NCBI GenBank assembly: GCA_014905635.1
Contig: JABVCE010000007.1
Coordinates: 1,426,001-1,490,000, forward strand
Direction: 5' to 3'
DNA length: 64,000 bases
DNA from: Scenedesmus sp. PABB004
Lineage: Eukaryota
In this document: piece by piece, positions 49,415 to 63,676 of the stretch
How the letters are laid out: every line of letters begins with the position of its first letter
How positions within the stretch are numbered: position 1 is the stretch's first letter
Notes under the pieces: generated by a model
Seen by the model: the letters and a program-made list of their open reading frames with translations, nothing else
What the model was told of the DNA's origin: nothing
Database searches by the model: none
Program-made: the position numbers and the translations under genes

Positions 49415-52400
49415 CTACTGCTGCTGCTCCTGCGGCGGCGCCTGCCCCGCGCCCGCGCCCGCGCCTGCGCTCGGGGGCAGCCCCGGGAAGGCGAGGGCAA
49501 AGACCTGGTCGTAGCACTCCACAAAGTGGGGCGTCACGCCGGCCTTGAGGTCGGCGGGCACCTCCTCGTACTCGCGCTGGTTGCCCAGGGGGAAGATCAC
49601 GTCAGTCACGCCAGACCTGTGGCGCGGCCGGGCGCGCGCGCGGGGTGTGGGCGGGGTGTGTGGGGGCGGCCCGTGCGGCGCGGCGCGCCGCCGCAGCGCG
49701 CAGCGCCCGCGCCGCCGCGCGCGCGCACCGGCGCGCGGCGAGGAGCTTCTCCTTGACGCCGCCGATGGGCAGCACCTTGCCGGTGAGGCTGACCTCGCCC
49801 GTCATGGCCAGCCCCGGCGCGACGGGCGTGTCGAGCGCGAGGCTGAGCAGCGCGGTGATGATGGTGCACCCCGCGCTGGGGCCGTCCTTGGGCGTCGCGC
49901 CGGCGGGGACGTGCACGTGCAGCGCGGTCGTGTTGAAGTAGGTGCTGCCGGGCGAGCGGCGCGCCAGGAACGCGCGCGCGTAGGTGTGCGCGATCGACGC
50001 GCTCTCACGCATCACGTCGCCCAGCTGCCCCGTCGTCGTCAGCCGGCCCTTGCCCTCGCCGCCCTGCGGCGACGCGCGGCGGCCGCGCCGAGGCCCCGCG
50101 TCGGCGGCGGCGGCGCGGAGGCGGGCGGCGGCGCGACGACGCGCGGCGGCGGCGGCGGCGGCGGGGCTGGCCCGCGGGGGCGGCCGCCCGCCTCCTGCGC
50201 GGCCGCCAAGGCGCGGGCGTGCGCGCGGGGTCGGGTCGGGTGCCGCCGCACCTCGACGATGGGCGCCGCCTCGACGTAGAGCGTCGCGCCGCCCATGGCG
50301 GTCCAGGCGAGGCCCATGACCACGCCCACGGGCGTCGCGGTGTCGTAAAACTTGTCCGCCGCAAACGGCGGCAGCCCCACATACTCCTGCAGCCCCTCCG
50401 GCCCGAGCACAATCTGCGCCGCGGCCGGCGCTTGGCGCGCGCGCGCGCGCAGCGCGGCGCGGCGCGGCCGGCCCAGACAGCGCGCAGCGCGGCGGGCCCC
50501 CCCTCCCCCCTGCGGCCAGCCGCACCTTGTCTCCCTCGTACACGACGCGGCAGACCGGGCGGCGGCGGCGCCGCCCGCCGCGCCGCCTGCCGTGCTGCTG
50601 CTGCCGCCGCTGCTGCTCGCCGCGTCGCCGCTGCCGCCGCTGCCGCCGCTGCCGCTGCCGCTGCTGCCGCTGCCGCTCCCCGCCTCGCCGACGGCGGCCG
50701 CCTCCTCGCCGCCCGACTCCTGCTCGCTGCCGCTGCTGGCGCCCGCGTCGGCGCCGCCGGCGGCGCCGGGCGGGTCGACCGCCACGAGCTTGGCGCCCTG
50801 CTTCACCAGCGTGAGCGCGGCCTTGCGGTAGATCTTTTCGAGCTGCTTCTTCAGGTTGCGCACGCCCGCCTCCCTGCGCGCCGGGCGGCGCGGCGGCGGG
50901 GTGAGGGGGCCCGCGCGTGCCCGGCGCGCGGGCGCGCCCGGGGGCGGCGGGCGGCGGCCGCCCGCGCCCCGCGACCCCGCCTCCCGACTTCCACACCCGC
51001 CCGCCCACATTCATCCGCCCGCACACGCCCCAGCCCCCCCCCCCTGGGCAGCCCTCCCAGCCGCCGCCTCGAGTCACCACCGACTGCCCCCCCCCTTGCA
51101 CCCCCTCCCCCCCCCCCCTTGCACCGCCTGCCCCCCCCCCCCTTGCACCCCCTCACCGCGCGTACTCCTCGATCAGCACGTCCATCGCGCCGTCAGTCAC
51201 CTCCACCGCGTCCCCCGGCACGCCGCTGTCGGCCTGGCTCTGCGGCTCCAGGTAGCGCCGCGCGATCGCGCGCTTCTCGTCTGCCGGGGAGGGCGGCGGC
51301 GGCGGCGGGCGCGCGCAGGGCGGCGGCGCGCGCGCGTGGGGCGGCGGCCCGGCCCGGCCCGCGCGGCGCGCCGCGGGGCGCGCGCGCCCGGCGCCGCCGC
51401 GCGGCGGCGGCTCTGGCGCGGCGCGCGCGGTGTGTGGGGAGGCGCGGGGCGCTGAGGTGGCAGGGGCGGGGGTTTGCCGCTACTGCCGGTCCTCACCCGA
51501 GGTGTAGCCGCTGAGGCGGATGACCTCCATGCGGTCCAGCAGGGGGCCGGGGATGGTGTCGAGCACGTTGGCGGTGCACACAAACAGCACCTGCGACACC
51601 ACGCCGCCGCGGACGACCCGGTCAGACACCTGTGCCCCCGCCGCGCCGCGCCGCCGCGCCGCCCCCTTCTCCTGCGCCCCGTCGCGCCCCGTCCCTGGCC
51701 GCGCGCGCGCGCGCGTCGCGGAGCAGCTCCGCGCCGCCGCGGCGCGGCGCGTGCCTTGCTGAGGTCGAGGGGCACGTCCAGGTAGTGGTCCACAAAGCCG
51801 CTGTTCTGCTCGGGGTCCAGCAGCTCAAGCAGCGCCGACGCGGGGTCGCCTGGCGCCGCGCGGCGGGGCGGGGCGAGAGCGGCGCGGCGCGGTGTCGGCC
51901 GGGGCCGCACGCGGCGGCGCGGGCGCGACGGGCGACACAGGGGACGCGGCGCCGCGGCCGGTGCGCGCACCTGTGTGTCCGCGGCCGAGCTTGTCGATTT
52001 CGTCGATGAGCACCAGCGGGTTGCTGCTGCCCGTGGACTTGAGGCACTGCACCATCTTGCCGGGCATCGCGCCCACGTACGTCCGCCTGTGCGGCCACCG
52101 CGGTCAACAGGGGCGCGCGCGGTGAGAGAGGGGCACGCGCGGTCAGGGGGCGCTGGCCACCGCGGCCGGGGCTTAGGGCTCAGGGCTGCTGGTGCGCGCG
52201 TGCGCGGTGTGTGCGCCGTCGGCGCGTCGCGCCTGTGGCCCTTGATCTCTGCGACGTCGGCGAGGCCGCCGACGCTGAAGCGGAAGTACTTGCGCCCCAG
52301 CGTGGCCGCGATGGAGCGCCCGATGCTGGTCTTGCCCACGCCGGGCGGGCCGACGAGGCACAGGATCTTGCCCTGCGCGCTGCCGCGCAGGCGGCTGACG

Positions 52401-55377
52401 GCGATGAACTCCAGGATGCGCGCCTTGACGTCCTGCAGCCCGTAGTGCTCCGCGTCCAGCACCTGGTGGTGCGCCCGGGTGTGTGCGTGTGTGCGTGCGT
52501 GTGTGTGTGTGTGGGGGGGGGCAACGCAGCGCGGCGCGGCGCTAAGCGGCGCGCCTGGCCGCCGCCCCGCGCGCGCCCGGCGCCCCGCCCCGGCCCCGCG
52601 CGCCTGCTGCGCGTGAGGGATGTCGAAGATTTCGGTCGTCGTGCTGCCCCAGGGCAGGCAGGTGAGCCACTCGAGGTAGGTGCGCGTGACGTTGAACTCA
52701 GGGCTCACCGGCTCAAGCCCCGCCAGCTTGTCCAGCTCGTCCTGCACCACCCTGGCGCGCGCACGCGAGCGGCGGGTGGGGCGCGGGCGCCGCGTCAGCA
52801 GGGTGCGGGCGCCGCGTCGCGGCGCTGAACGGAGGGAGGGCCCCGCGGCGCGGGCGCGGCGCTGCGGGCCGGCCAGCTGCCCGGGGGGTGGCTCACTTGC
52901 GGACCTCCTCCGGCGCCGCGGCCTTCTTGGGCTCCCACTTGGCCTGGAAGTTGCCTGACCGGCAGCACACAGCGGGCGCACGCGCGTGGCCACGCGCACA
53001 TGGGGCGGCGGCGCCCCCCCGCAGCGCGCGGCAGCGCCGGCGGCTGGTGCTGGTGCTGCCGCCGCGGCGCGGCTGCGGCGGCGGCTCGTGCGGGCGCGCG
53101 CGCACCGATGAGGCTGGCCTTGTCGTCCTTTTCCAGCCCCAGCTCTCGCTTGATGGACTTGAGCTGCTCCATGAGGATCATGCGGCGCTGTTCCTTCATG
53201 ATCTTGGCCTCAACCTGCGCGTGGAGCACGGGGTGGGCAGATCATGGGGTGGGCACGGGGCACCGGGGTGCAGGAGGAGGGCGCGCGGTTCAACAGGGCG
53301 CGCTGTGTTGCTGACAGGGCGCCCGCGCGCTGGCTGGCCAGCGTGCGCGAGGCGGGGCCGGGCAACGGCGGCGCGGCGCGGCGCCGCGGCGCCCCGCCGC
53401 GCGCCTGCTCGCGGATGTCGGCCTGCAGCTTGCACAGCTCCACCTCCTTCTTCAGCAGCTCCAGCACCATCTGGGCGCTGCGGCGCGGGGCAGCCGCGCC
53501 GGCGCGCGCGGGACGTCAACGCCGAGGCCCGCAGCCGGCCGGCGGCCGGCCTGCTGCCTGGCAGGCAGATGCCCGGCAGCCCGGGCGCCGCACCGCGTCG
53601 GCACGTGCAGGCACTCCAGCACGCCCTGCAGCGTCACGTCGTCGGCGCTGGTCAGGCTCGCCGCCGCGTCGACGAGGCGGGAGAGGTCGTTCAGGTCGAT
53701 CGACCCTGCGCCGCAGCGGCGGCGGGGGCCGGCCACGTCAGCTAGAGCCCGCGCCGCGGCCGCCGCCGCGCCGCGCACGCAGAGAGCCGTCCGTGTGTGT
53801 GTGCGCGCTCGCCCGCAGCCGCGCTCCCCTCCTCCAACCCAGCCGCCGCCGCCCGCCGCCCGCCGCCGCCCGCCGCCGCCCGCCGCCCGCCGCGCACAGG
53901 CGCGCGCACAGCGTGCACAGCGCGCACAGCGCGGCCCTGCTCACCCGTGAGGCTCATGAGCGTCCTGAACTGCTCGCCGTAGAGGGGGTTCATGTTGAGC
54001 AGGTCCTTCATCGTGTTGACCAGCTCCATGCTGGTGGCCTTGGTGATGTCGTCGCTCGCGTACGGCTCGTCGCGCAGGTGGCTCACGCCCACGCGCAGCG
54101 GGTCGCTCGACACCTGCGCCCCGGGGCGGCGGCACGCGCGCGTGGTGTGCGCGCGCGTCGGCCGCCCGCCGCCCGCCGCCCGCCAGGGCGTCCTACGCCA
54201 GGGCGCCGGCGCCGGGCCCCTGCCCCCGCCTCGCCCCCCGCGCCGCACCAGCGTCTCGCGCTTGAGGCGGCGGTGGCCCAGCAGCAGCAGCTGCGCGCTG
54301 TCGGCGGTGTCGCCCGCGAGGATGGTGTGCACCTGCGCAAACGTGCCGACCTCGTACAGCCGCTCCAGCCCGCCCTGCTCGCTGGGCCCGCCGCCGGCCT
54401 CGCCGCCGGCGCCCGCCGCGCCGCCGTCGGGCTTGTCGCCGCGCGCCGCCGCCTCCTCCGCGAGGACCTTGTCCGGCTTGGCCAGGAACGCGGCGACGTA
54501 CGCCTGGCCCCTGCGCCGCGCCGGTCGGGTGGGCGCGGCCGCGCCGCCGCCGCCGCCGCCGCCGCCGCGACAGATGCCGCCGCCCGCGCTGCGCCCCGCC
54601 GCCGCCGCGGCCGCCTGCCGCGCGGCGCTGCGCGTCCGGCGGCGCCTCACCCCGCCTTGCGTGCGTCCATGACCTCCCGAATGAGCCGCTCGTTCTTGAG
54701 CACCAGCACGGGCGTGTAAATGCCAGGGAAGAGCGGCTTGCGCCCGAGCTCAACCACAAACATCTGCGCCGCGACGCGCCACGCGGCGCCGGCGGCGCTC
54801 GGCCCCCGTTCCTCCCCGCCGGGCGGCCCCGGCGCGGCCGGCGTCCCGCAGCGGCAGGGGGCGAGCGGCGGGCGCGGGCGGCGGCCGCACCTTGCGGTGC
54901 TTGTGCTCCGGCGAGTGCGGCACGAGCACGCCGCTGCCGGCGTCCTTGCCGTCCGCGCCGCCGTCACCCTTCTTCTCCGTCCACCTGCACCCGGAGTGGA
55001 CGCGGCGTCGGCCCGCGCACCGGCGTGCCGCGCCGCAGCTGGCAGCAGCGCCGCGCTGCTGCCGCCGCCGCCGCCGCGCCGCCGCGCCGCGCATGCGGCA
55101 GCGGCGCCGCGCGATCGTCCGTGCTGCCCGTCAGGCGTGCAATTGGCCCCCGCGCCCGCGCGCTGCAGCGCTTCACGGCCACGCACGAGCGCAGGATGCC
55201 CTGCATGAAGCCGGCCTCCTTCTCCTTGCCGTCCTTACCGTCCGAGGATGAGAAGGGCCGCAAGCCCACGCCCTGGACGGCGGCTCCCGCCCGCTGCGCC
55301 CGCAGGCGCGCCAGCGCGGGCAGCGCATGCGCCACGCGTCTGCTGGCCCCGCGCTGCTGCCCCAGCGCCGCCAGCAT
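49415..55377 (-). CDS. LON1: Mitochondrial Lon protease, multi-exon
   Basis: PLFPG N-domain, Walker [39 protein letters not shown], catalytic PKDGPSAG and LPIGGVKEK. Confidence 0.96.
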
Positions 55378-57327
55378 GGCGCTTCCCGCGCGGCTGCAGC
55401 CCCAGGCCCGGAGCCCCGGTCGGCGCGCTGGGGGCCGGTCAGCTGCGGCGCGGGTGGCGGCGGCGGCGGCAGCGAGTTCCGGAGCGCAGCCGGCCGTGGG
55501 CGCGTCGCGGCTGGGCACGCAGTGGTGAGAGACTGCTGCCCCTCCCAGAGCCGGCAGCACCGGTTCAGCCGCCCGCCCGCCCGCCCGCTGCCCGGTCGCC
55601 TCCCACGACGTGCCCGTCACGCGCGCTCACGCTTCAGGCGCGGGCACCACCTCAAAGCAGCGCCGCTCGTACGGTGCGCGGCACACGGGACAGCTGGGCT
55701 GCCCGCCGCGGCCGGCCTCAAAGGCCTCAAAGCTCGCGACGCAGCACGCGTGCAGGACGTGGGAGCAGGACAGGAGTGCGACGCCCGCCGCCTCGCGCGG
55801 GCCCGCCAGGGCGCCGAGGCATATGGCGCAGTCGGTCTCGCCGCTCTCGCAGGCGTGCGCGAGCACGGCCAGCCAGTCGGCCGCGAGGCCGGGTGCTGGC
55901 CGGCGCGGCCGCGGCGCCACTTAACCGTCGGGCGCTGCCGCCTGCTGCTCGAGAAACTGCCGCTGCTGCTGCTGCTGCTCCGCACGCGCAGCCTGGGCCA
56001 CCGCTGCCCGCTCCACTGCCGCCGCGCCAGCTGCGGTGGCAGGTGAAACAGGCGGTCCCGCGTCGCCGCGGCTGCGTCCTCGCGCGTGCCTCGGGGCGCG
56101 CGGCGGCGCCATTGCCGGCAGTGCCCCCTCGCTGACAGCGCCCGCACTGCCAGCTGCTGCGGGCCTGGTGCCGGCCGTTCGCCGCTGCGGCCAGCCGCGG
56201 CGGGGTGGCGTCGCAGCGGCAGCTGGCCGGCCTGCGTGGCGTGGCTGTTCCTGCAACTCTGCCCGGGGTGCGGGCGCGTTGGGCTTGCAGCCGCCGGCGG
56301 CCTGCCCGTCGCTGCCCGCCGCGGCCGCTGCGCGCGCTGCTGCGGGGTCGGCCAGGCGCCTGCTCGCGCCCAGGCTGGCGTCCAGCTCCGCAAACAGGCC
56401 GTCCAGGTCGCCGGCGCCGGCGCCGGCGCCCGCCGCCAGCGCTGCCCCCGCCGCCGCCGCCAGTCGCCCCGCCGCCCACAGCCGCCGCAGGCGCTGTGCG
56501 CGCGGCGGCCGCGGCTGCCGCACGAGCGCCGCGACGAGCGCCCGCCGCGCCAGCCAGCCGCGCGCCACCGCCTGGATGCGCGTGGCGGCGGCCGCGGCGC
56601 GCGCGTCCGCGGCGTCGGTGATGGCGCGCGTCTGGTAGCAGGGCGCGCGGCAGAGCGGGCAGGCGCGGGACCGCGCGTGCGCCTCGAACGCGCGCAGGCA
56701 GGCCGCGTGGAACACGTGCCCGCAGCTGAGCAGTGCCTGCGCCGTCGCGCAGTCGGCAAAGGGCTCGAGGCAGACCGCGCAGGCGTCGACGCGCGGGTCG
56801 GCGCGCGCGCGCGCGCCGGCGTGCACCGCCTCCCACTGCTCTGGCGTCAGCAGCGCCGCCGGCGCCGGCGCGAGGCCCAGGCGCTGCGCGAGCGACGGCG
56901 CCGCGCCGGGCGCGCTGCCGGGCGGCCGCGCGCCCGGCAGCGCCAGCAGGGCGCTCATGTGGTCCTGCAGGGCCACCGCCAGGCAGGCCACCTGGGAGCG
57001 CGGCGGCATGGCGCCGGCGAGCGCTCGGCCGGTCGGCGCCCGCCGCCGTGCGCGGCTGACCGCGCCGCTGACCGGGGGCTTGGCCGGCGCGGCGGGTGCC
57101 CACAACTCCGCGCTCAGCGTCCTCGGCACGAGGGTCGCGCAGGCGCCACGCGGCGGGGGCCTCGCCGCCGGCGCGGCGCGGGCCACAACACGGCACATAA
57201 CAGTGCGCCGGCGTCCGGCGGCCATTGGCGCCGCGCGCAATTGGGCGCGCTGCAGGGCGGCTCTCTGTCATCGACGGCCACCCCGCGGCGCCCGCAGCCC
57301 GCCGCCAGCATGGCCGCCTCGCTCCGC
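55321..57327. repeat. Left arm of a 2-kb inverted duplication (pairs with 61453-63472)
   Basis: Reverse-complement identity, with both breakpoints located by direct comparison. Confidence 0.95.
55627..57009 (-). CDS. RNF32: RNF32-like RING-IQ-RING protein, copy 1
   Basis: AVALQDH, SLAQRLGL, RING-H2, IQ motif (ATRIQAVARGW) and a second RING-H2. In-frame TAA at 55921-55923, probably intronic. Confidence 0.85.
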
Positions 57328-58644
57328 CAGCAGCAGGCGAGCCTGCGCGCGCCCGCGGGCCGCGCGGGCGTCGCACCCGTGCCGGCGGCCGCTCGTCTGT
57401 CGCTGGGCGCGCCGCGGCGTTGCGTGGCAGCAGCAGCAGCAGCCGTGGATGCGCTCGACCTGGAGGGCACCATCATCGTGAAGCCGCAGCAGTCTGTGCG
57501 CAAGGAGAAGGCGCGCAGCAAGCGCTACAAGGCCGTTCGCGCCAAGGTGCCGCCGCGCACGACGGAGCTGGAGCCCGCGGAGGCGGTGCGGCTGATGAAG
57601 GCCACGGCCTCCACCAAGTTTGCGGAGAGCGTGGAGCTTCACGCGCGCCTGGGGCTGGACCCCAAGTACTCCGACCAGCAGCTGCGCGCCACCGTGAGCC
57701 TGCCGGCGGGCACGGGCAAGGCGCTGCGCGTGGCGGTGCTCACGCAGGGCCCCAACCTGGAGGTCGCCAAGGAGAGCGGCGCCGACGTGTTTGGCGGCGA
57801 CGACCTGGTCGACAAGATCAACGGCGGCTTCATGGACTTTGACAAGCTCATCGCCACACCCGACATGATGCCCAAGGTCGCCAAGCTCGGCCGCGTGCTC
57901 GGCCCACGCGGGCTGATGCCCAACCCCAAGGCCGGCACCGTCACCACCGACGTCGCGGGGGTGCGCGCGCGCGCGCGCGGCGCCGCGCGGGGCTGGTGGC
58001 GCGCTGGCAGCGCGCGGCGGCGCGGCGGCCAGGGCTGGCAGCGCGCGGCGGCGCGGGCTGGCAGCTGCCTGCCAGGCTGCCAGGGGGCGAGCGCAGCGGG
58101 GGCGAGCAGCGGCGACAGCTGCCACACGGCTGGCAGCGGCGGCTGGCAGGGCTGGCCTCGGCCAGGGCAGCGGTGGCAGCTGCAGCAGGGCTGGTCGCTC
58201 GCGCGCCGCCCGCGCGCCCCGCGCGCGCCGCCCGCGCGCCCCGCGCGCGCCGCCCGCGCGCCCCCCGCGCCCGCCCGCGCCCGCCCGCGCCCGCCCGCGC
58301 CCGCCCGCCCGCCCGCGCCCGCGCGCGCTCACCCGCGCGCGCTCACCCGCGCTCGCCCGCCCCGTGCGCGCGGCGCGTCGCAGACGGTCAAGGACTTCAA
58401 GGGCGGCAAGGTTGAGTACCGCCTGGACAAGACGGGCAACCTGCACGTGCTGTTTGGCCGCGCCGACTTCAAGGAGGAGGAGCTGATGGCCAACCTCAAG
58501 GCGGTGCAGGAGTCGGTCGACGCCAACAAGCCGCCCGGCGCGAAGGGCCAGTTCTGGAAGACGCTCAGCGTCTGCACCACCATGGGCCCCTCGCTGCGCG
58601 TCAGCGTGCAGCAGCTGCAGGCGATCAAGGCCAAGGCCGAGTGA
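57310..58644 (+). CDS. PRPL1: Plastid ribosomal protein L1 (intron 57961-58383)
   Basis: Transit peptide; KFAESVE, DQQLRATVSLPAGTGK, LGRVLGPRGLMPNPKAGTVT, TTMGPS. Confidence 0.96.
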   Translation: MAASLRQQQASLRAPAGRAGVAPVPAAARLSLGAPRRCVAAAAAAVDALDLEGTIIVKPQQSVRKEKARSKRYKAVRAKVPPRTTELEPAEAVRLMKATASTKFAESVELHARLGLDPKYSDQQLRATVSLPAGTGKALRVAVLTQGPNLEVAKESGADVFGGDDLVDKINGGFMDFDKLIATPDMMPKVAKLGRVLGPRGLMPNPKAGTVTTDVAGVRARARGAARGWWRAGSARRRGGQGWQRAAARAGSCLPGCQGASAAGASSGDSCHTAGSGGWQGWPRPGQRWQLQQGWSLARRPRAPRAPPARPARAARAPPAPARARPRPPAPARPPAPARAHPRALTRARPPRARGASQTVKDFKGGKVEYRLDKTGNLHVLFGRADFKEEELMANLKAVQESVDANKPPGAKGQFWKTLSVCTTMGPSLRVSVQQLQAIKAKAE

Positions 58645-59003
58645 CGCGCCGCCGCACGCGCGGACGACGGCGCAGCAGCAGCTGGCGCGGGCGGGGACGG
58701 GCGCGGCGGGGCGCAGGATGCGGGTGGGGCGGCGGGGACTGCGGGCGGGGACGGCACGGCCGGGCGGGGACGGCAGAGGCGGGGGCCGCCCGCAGCGGCA
58801 GGCGCGAGCGCGCGCCGCGGCAGCAGGCGGCGGGGCTGCTCTGCAGCGCCAGGGGCGCGCACGCGGGGCGAGTGCGGCGGCGTGAGCCGCGACACGGCAC
58901 CGGGCGCTGAGCAGCGCAGCCAGCAGGGGCAGCGGCGGCAGCACGGCGGCAGCTGGGAGCGGCAGCGTGCGCCGCGCGGCCCTTGCTGCGGCGCTGCCTG
59001 GTC

Positions 59004-59008
59004 TGTAA
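59004..59008 (+). promoter_or_regulatory. TGTAA polyadenylation signal for PRPL1
   Basis: Lies 360 bp downstream of the PRPL1 stop codon. Confidence 0.55.
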
Positions 59009-59106
59009 CCGGACCTGCGCGTGCTCCCCGCCGGCTCTGCGCGCGCCCCGGCTGCAGCTGCAGCCGCGCGGCCCTCGCGCCGCCGCGCGCGTCCACGCAG
59101 CCGTTA

Positions 59107-61114
<2,008 letters not shown>

Positions 61115-61452
61115 CGCGGACAGCAGCGCGCGCCGCGCCCAGCCGAGGGCGCATGGGCTGGCCGCGGGCGCGTGACGGACGCGCAAAGGCGTGCTGCAGC
61201 GCCGGGCCGCCCAGCCGGTGATCACAGCAGCCGGGCGCCGAGGGCCGGCGGAGCGATGCGCGCTGCTGCTGCTGCTGCTGCGGGCTTGCGGCGGCGGGCG
61301 TGGTTGGGGCGCGGCTCGGGTGTCGCTGTGGCTGCCCTTGGGAGCCTCAAGTGTGGGAGTCTGTTGGAGGCGTGACGGCCAGGTCGCGCGGCGGCGGTAC
61401 GACTGCGTCTTTGGCGGTTCTGAGCCGTCTCTGCCCTGCGCGCACGGTACGT

Positions 61453-63472
61453 GCGGAGCGAGGCGGCCATGCTGGCGGCGGGCTGCGGGCGCCGCGGGGT
61501 GGCCGTCGATGAATGAGAGCCGCCCTGCAGCGCGCCCAATTGCGCGCGGCGCCAATGGCCGCCGGACGCCGGCGCACTGTTATGTGCCGTGTTGTGGCCC
61601 GCGCCGCGCCGGCGGCGAGGCCCCCGCCGCGTGGCGCCTGCGCGACCCTCGTGCCGAGGACGCTGAGCGCGGAGTTGTGGGCACCCGCCGCGCCGGCCAA
61701 GCCCCCGGTCAGCGGCGCGGTCAGCCGCGCACGGCGGCGGGCGCCGACCGGCCGAGCGCTCGCCGGCGCCATGCCGCCGCGCTCCCAGGTGGCCTGCCTG
61801 GCGGTGGCCCTGCAGGACCACATGAGCGCCCTGCTGGCGCTGCCGGGCGCGCGGCCGCCCGGCAGCGCGCCCGGCGCGGCGCCGTCGCTCGCGCAGCGCC
61901 TGGGCCTCGCGCCGGCGCCGGCGGCGCTGCTGACGCCAGAGCAGTGGGAGGCGGTGCACGCCGGCGCGCGCGCGCGCGCCGACCCGCGCGTCGACGCCTG
62001 CGCGGTCTGCCTCGAGCCCTTTGCCGACTGCGCGACGGCGCAGGCACTGCTCAGCTGCGGGCACGTGTTCCACGCGGCCTGCCTGCGCGCGTTCGAGGCG
62101 CACGCGCGGTCCCGCGCCTGCCCGCTCTGCCGCGCGCCCTGCTACCAGACGCGCGCCATCACCGACGCCGCGGACGCGCGCGCCGCGGCCGCCGCCACGC
62201 GCATCCAGGCGGTGGCGCGCGGCTGGCTGGCGCGGCGGGCGCTCGTCGCGGCGCTCGTGCGGCAGCCGCGGCCGCCGCGCGCACAGCGCCTGCGGCGGCT
62301 GTGGGCGGCGGGGCGACTGGCGGCGGCGGCGGGGGCAGCGCTGGCGGCGGGCGCCGGCGCCGGCGCCGGCGACCTGGACGGCCTGTTTGCGGAGCTGGAC
62401 GCCAGCCTGGGCGCGAGCAGGCGCCTGGCCGACCCCGCAGCAGCGCGCGCAGCGGCCGCGGCGGGCAGCGACGGGCAGGCCGCCGGCGGCTGCAAGCCCA
62501 ACGCGCCCGCACCCCGGGCAGAGTTGCAGGAACAGCCACGCCACGCAGGCCGGCCAGCTGCCGCTGCGACGCCACCCCGCCGCGGCTGGCCGCAGCGGCG
62601 AACGGCCGGCACCAGGCCCGCAGCAGCTGGCAGTGCGGGCGCTGTCAGCGAGGGGGCACTGCCGGCAATGGCGCCGCCGCGCGCCCCGAGGCACGCGCGA
62701 GGACGCAGCCGCGGCGACGCAGGACCGCCTGTTTCACCTGCCACCGCAGCTGGCGCGGCGGCAGTGGAGCGGGCAGCGGTGGCCCAGGCTGCGCGTGCGG
62801 AGCAGCAGCAGCAGCAGCGGCAGTTTCTCGAGCAGCAGGCGGCAGCGCCCGACGGTTAAGTGGCGCCGCGGCCGCGCCGGCCAGCACCCGGCCTCGCGGC
62901 CGACTGGCTGGCCGTGCTCGCGCACGCCTGCGAGAGCGGCGAGACCGACTGCGCCATATGCCTCGGCGCCCTGGCGGGCCCGCGCGAGGCGGCGGGCGTC
63001 GCACTCCTGTCCTGCTCCCACGTCCTGCACGCGTGCTGCGTCGCGAGCTTTGAGGCCTTTGAGGCCGGCCGCGGCGGGCAGCCCAGCTGTCCCGTGTGCC
63101 GCGCACCGTACGAGCGGCGCTGCTTTGAGGTGGTGCCCGCGCCTGAAGCGTGAGCGCGCGTGACGGGCACGTCGTGGGAGGCGACCGGGCAGCGGGCGGG
63201 CGGGCAGCGGGCGGGCGGGCGGCTGAACCGCTGCCGGCGCAGGGAGGGGCAGCAGTCTCTGATCCCTGCGTGCCCAGCCGCGACGCGCCCACGGCCAGCT
63301 GCGCTCCGGAACGCGCTGTTGCTGCCGCCGCCACCCGCGCCGCAGCTGGCTGCCCCGGCCCCCAGCGCGCCGACCGGGGCTCCGGGCCTAGGGCTGCTGC
63401 CGCGCGGGAAGCGCCATGCTGGCGGCGCTGGGGCAGCAGCGCGGGGCCAGCAGACGCGTGGCGCATGCGCTG
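61453..63472. repeat. Right arm of the inverted duplication
   Basis: Reverse complement of 55321-57327. Confidence 0.95.
61771..63153 (+). CDS. RNF32: RNF32-like RING-IQ-RING protein, copy 2
   Basis: Translation identical to copy 1, including the in-frame TAA at 62857-62859. Confidence 0.82.
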
Positions 63473-63486
63473 AGGGAGTGGTGCGA

Positions 63487-63544
63487 TAAAGATAAAGATA
63501 AAGATAGTTACACCATAGGCTCGCGCCCATTGGTCCCGCGCCCC
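63487..63544 (-). mobile_element. 58-bp extremely 5'-truncated LINE copy with (TATCTT)n tail and 8-bp TSD
   Basis: TGGTGCGA flanks both sides (63479-63486 and 63545-63552). Encodes GRGTNGREPMV-stop, matching the copy at 19780-19931. Confidence 0.82.
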
Positions 63545-63676
63545 TGGTGCGACCTTCGTGAGAGCGGCGGGGCGGCAAAAAGGCGCGCGCGCGGGCGGCG
63601 CGCGGCCCGCGGCGCGGCGCGGCCGCCGCCGGCGGCCCTCGGCGGCGCAGCCCGTGGCCGGGCAGCACGTGGGAGC

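Noticed and set aside
62857..62859. TAR-to-Gln genetic code reassignment to explain the in-frame TAA
   Set aside because: TAG appears to terminate PNPase, Lon and the RRM gene, I saw no other in-frame TAR codons in conserved exons, and a compatible intron exists.
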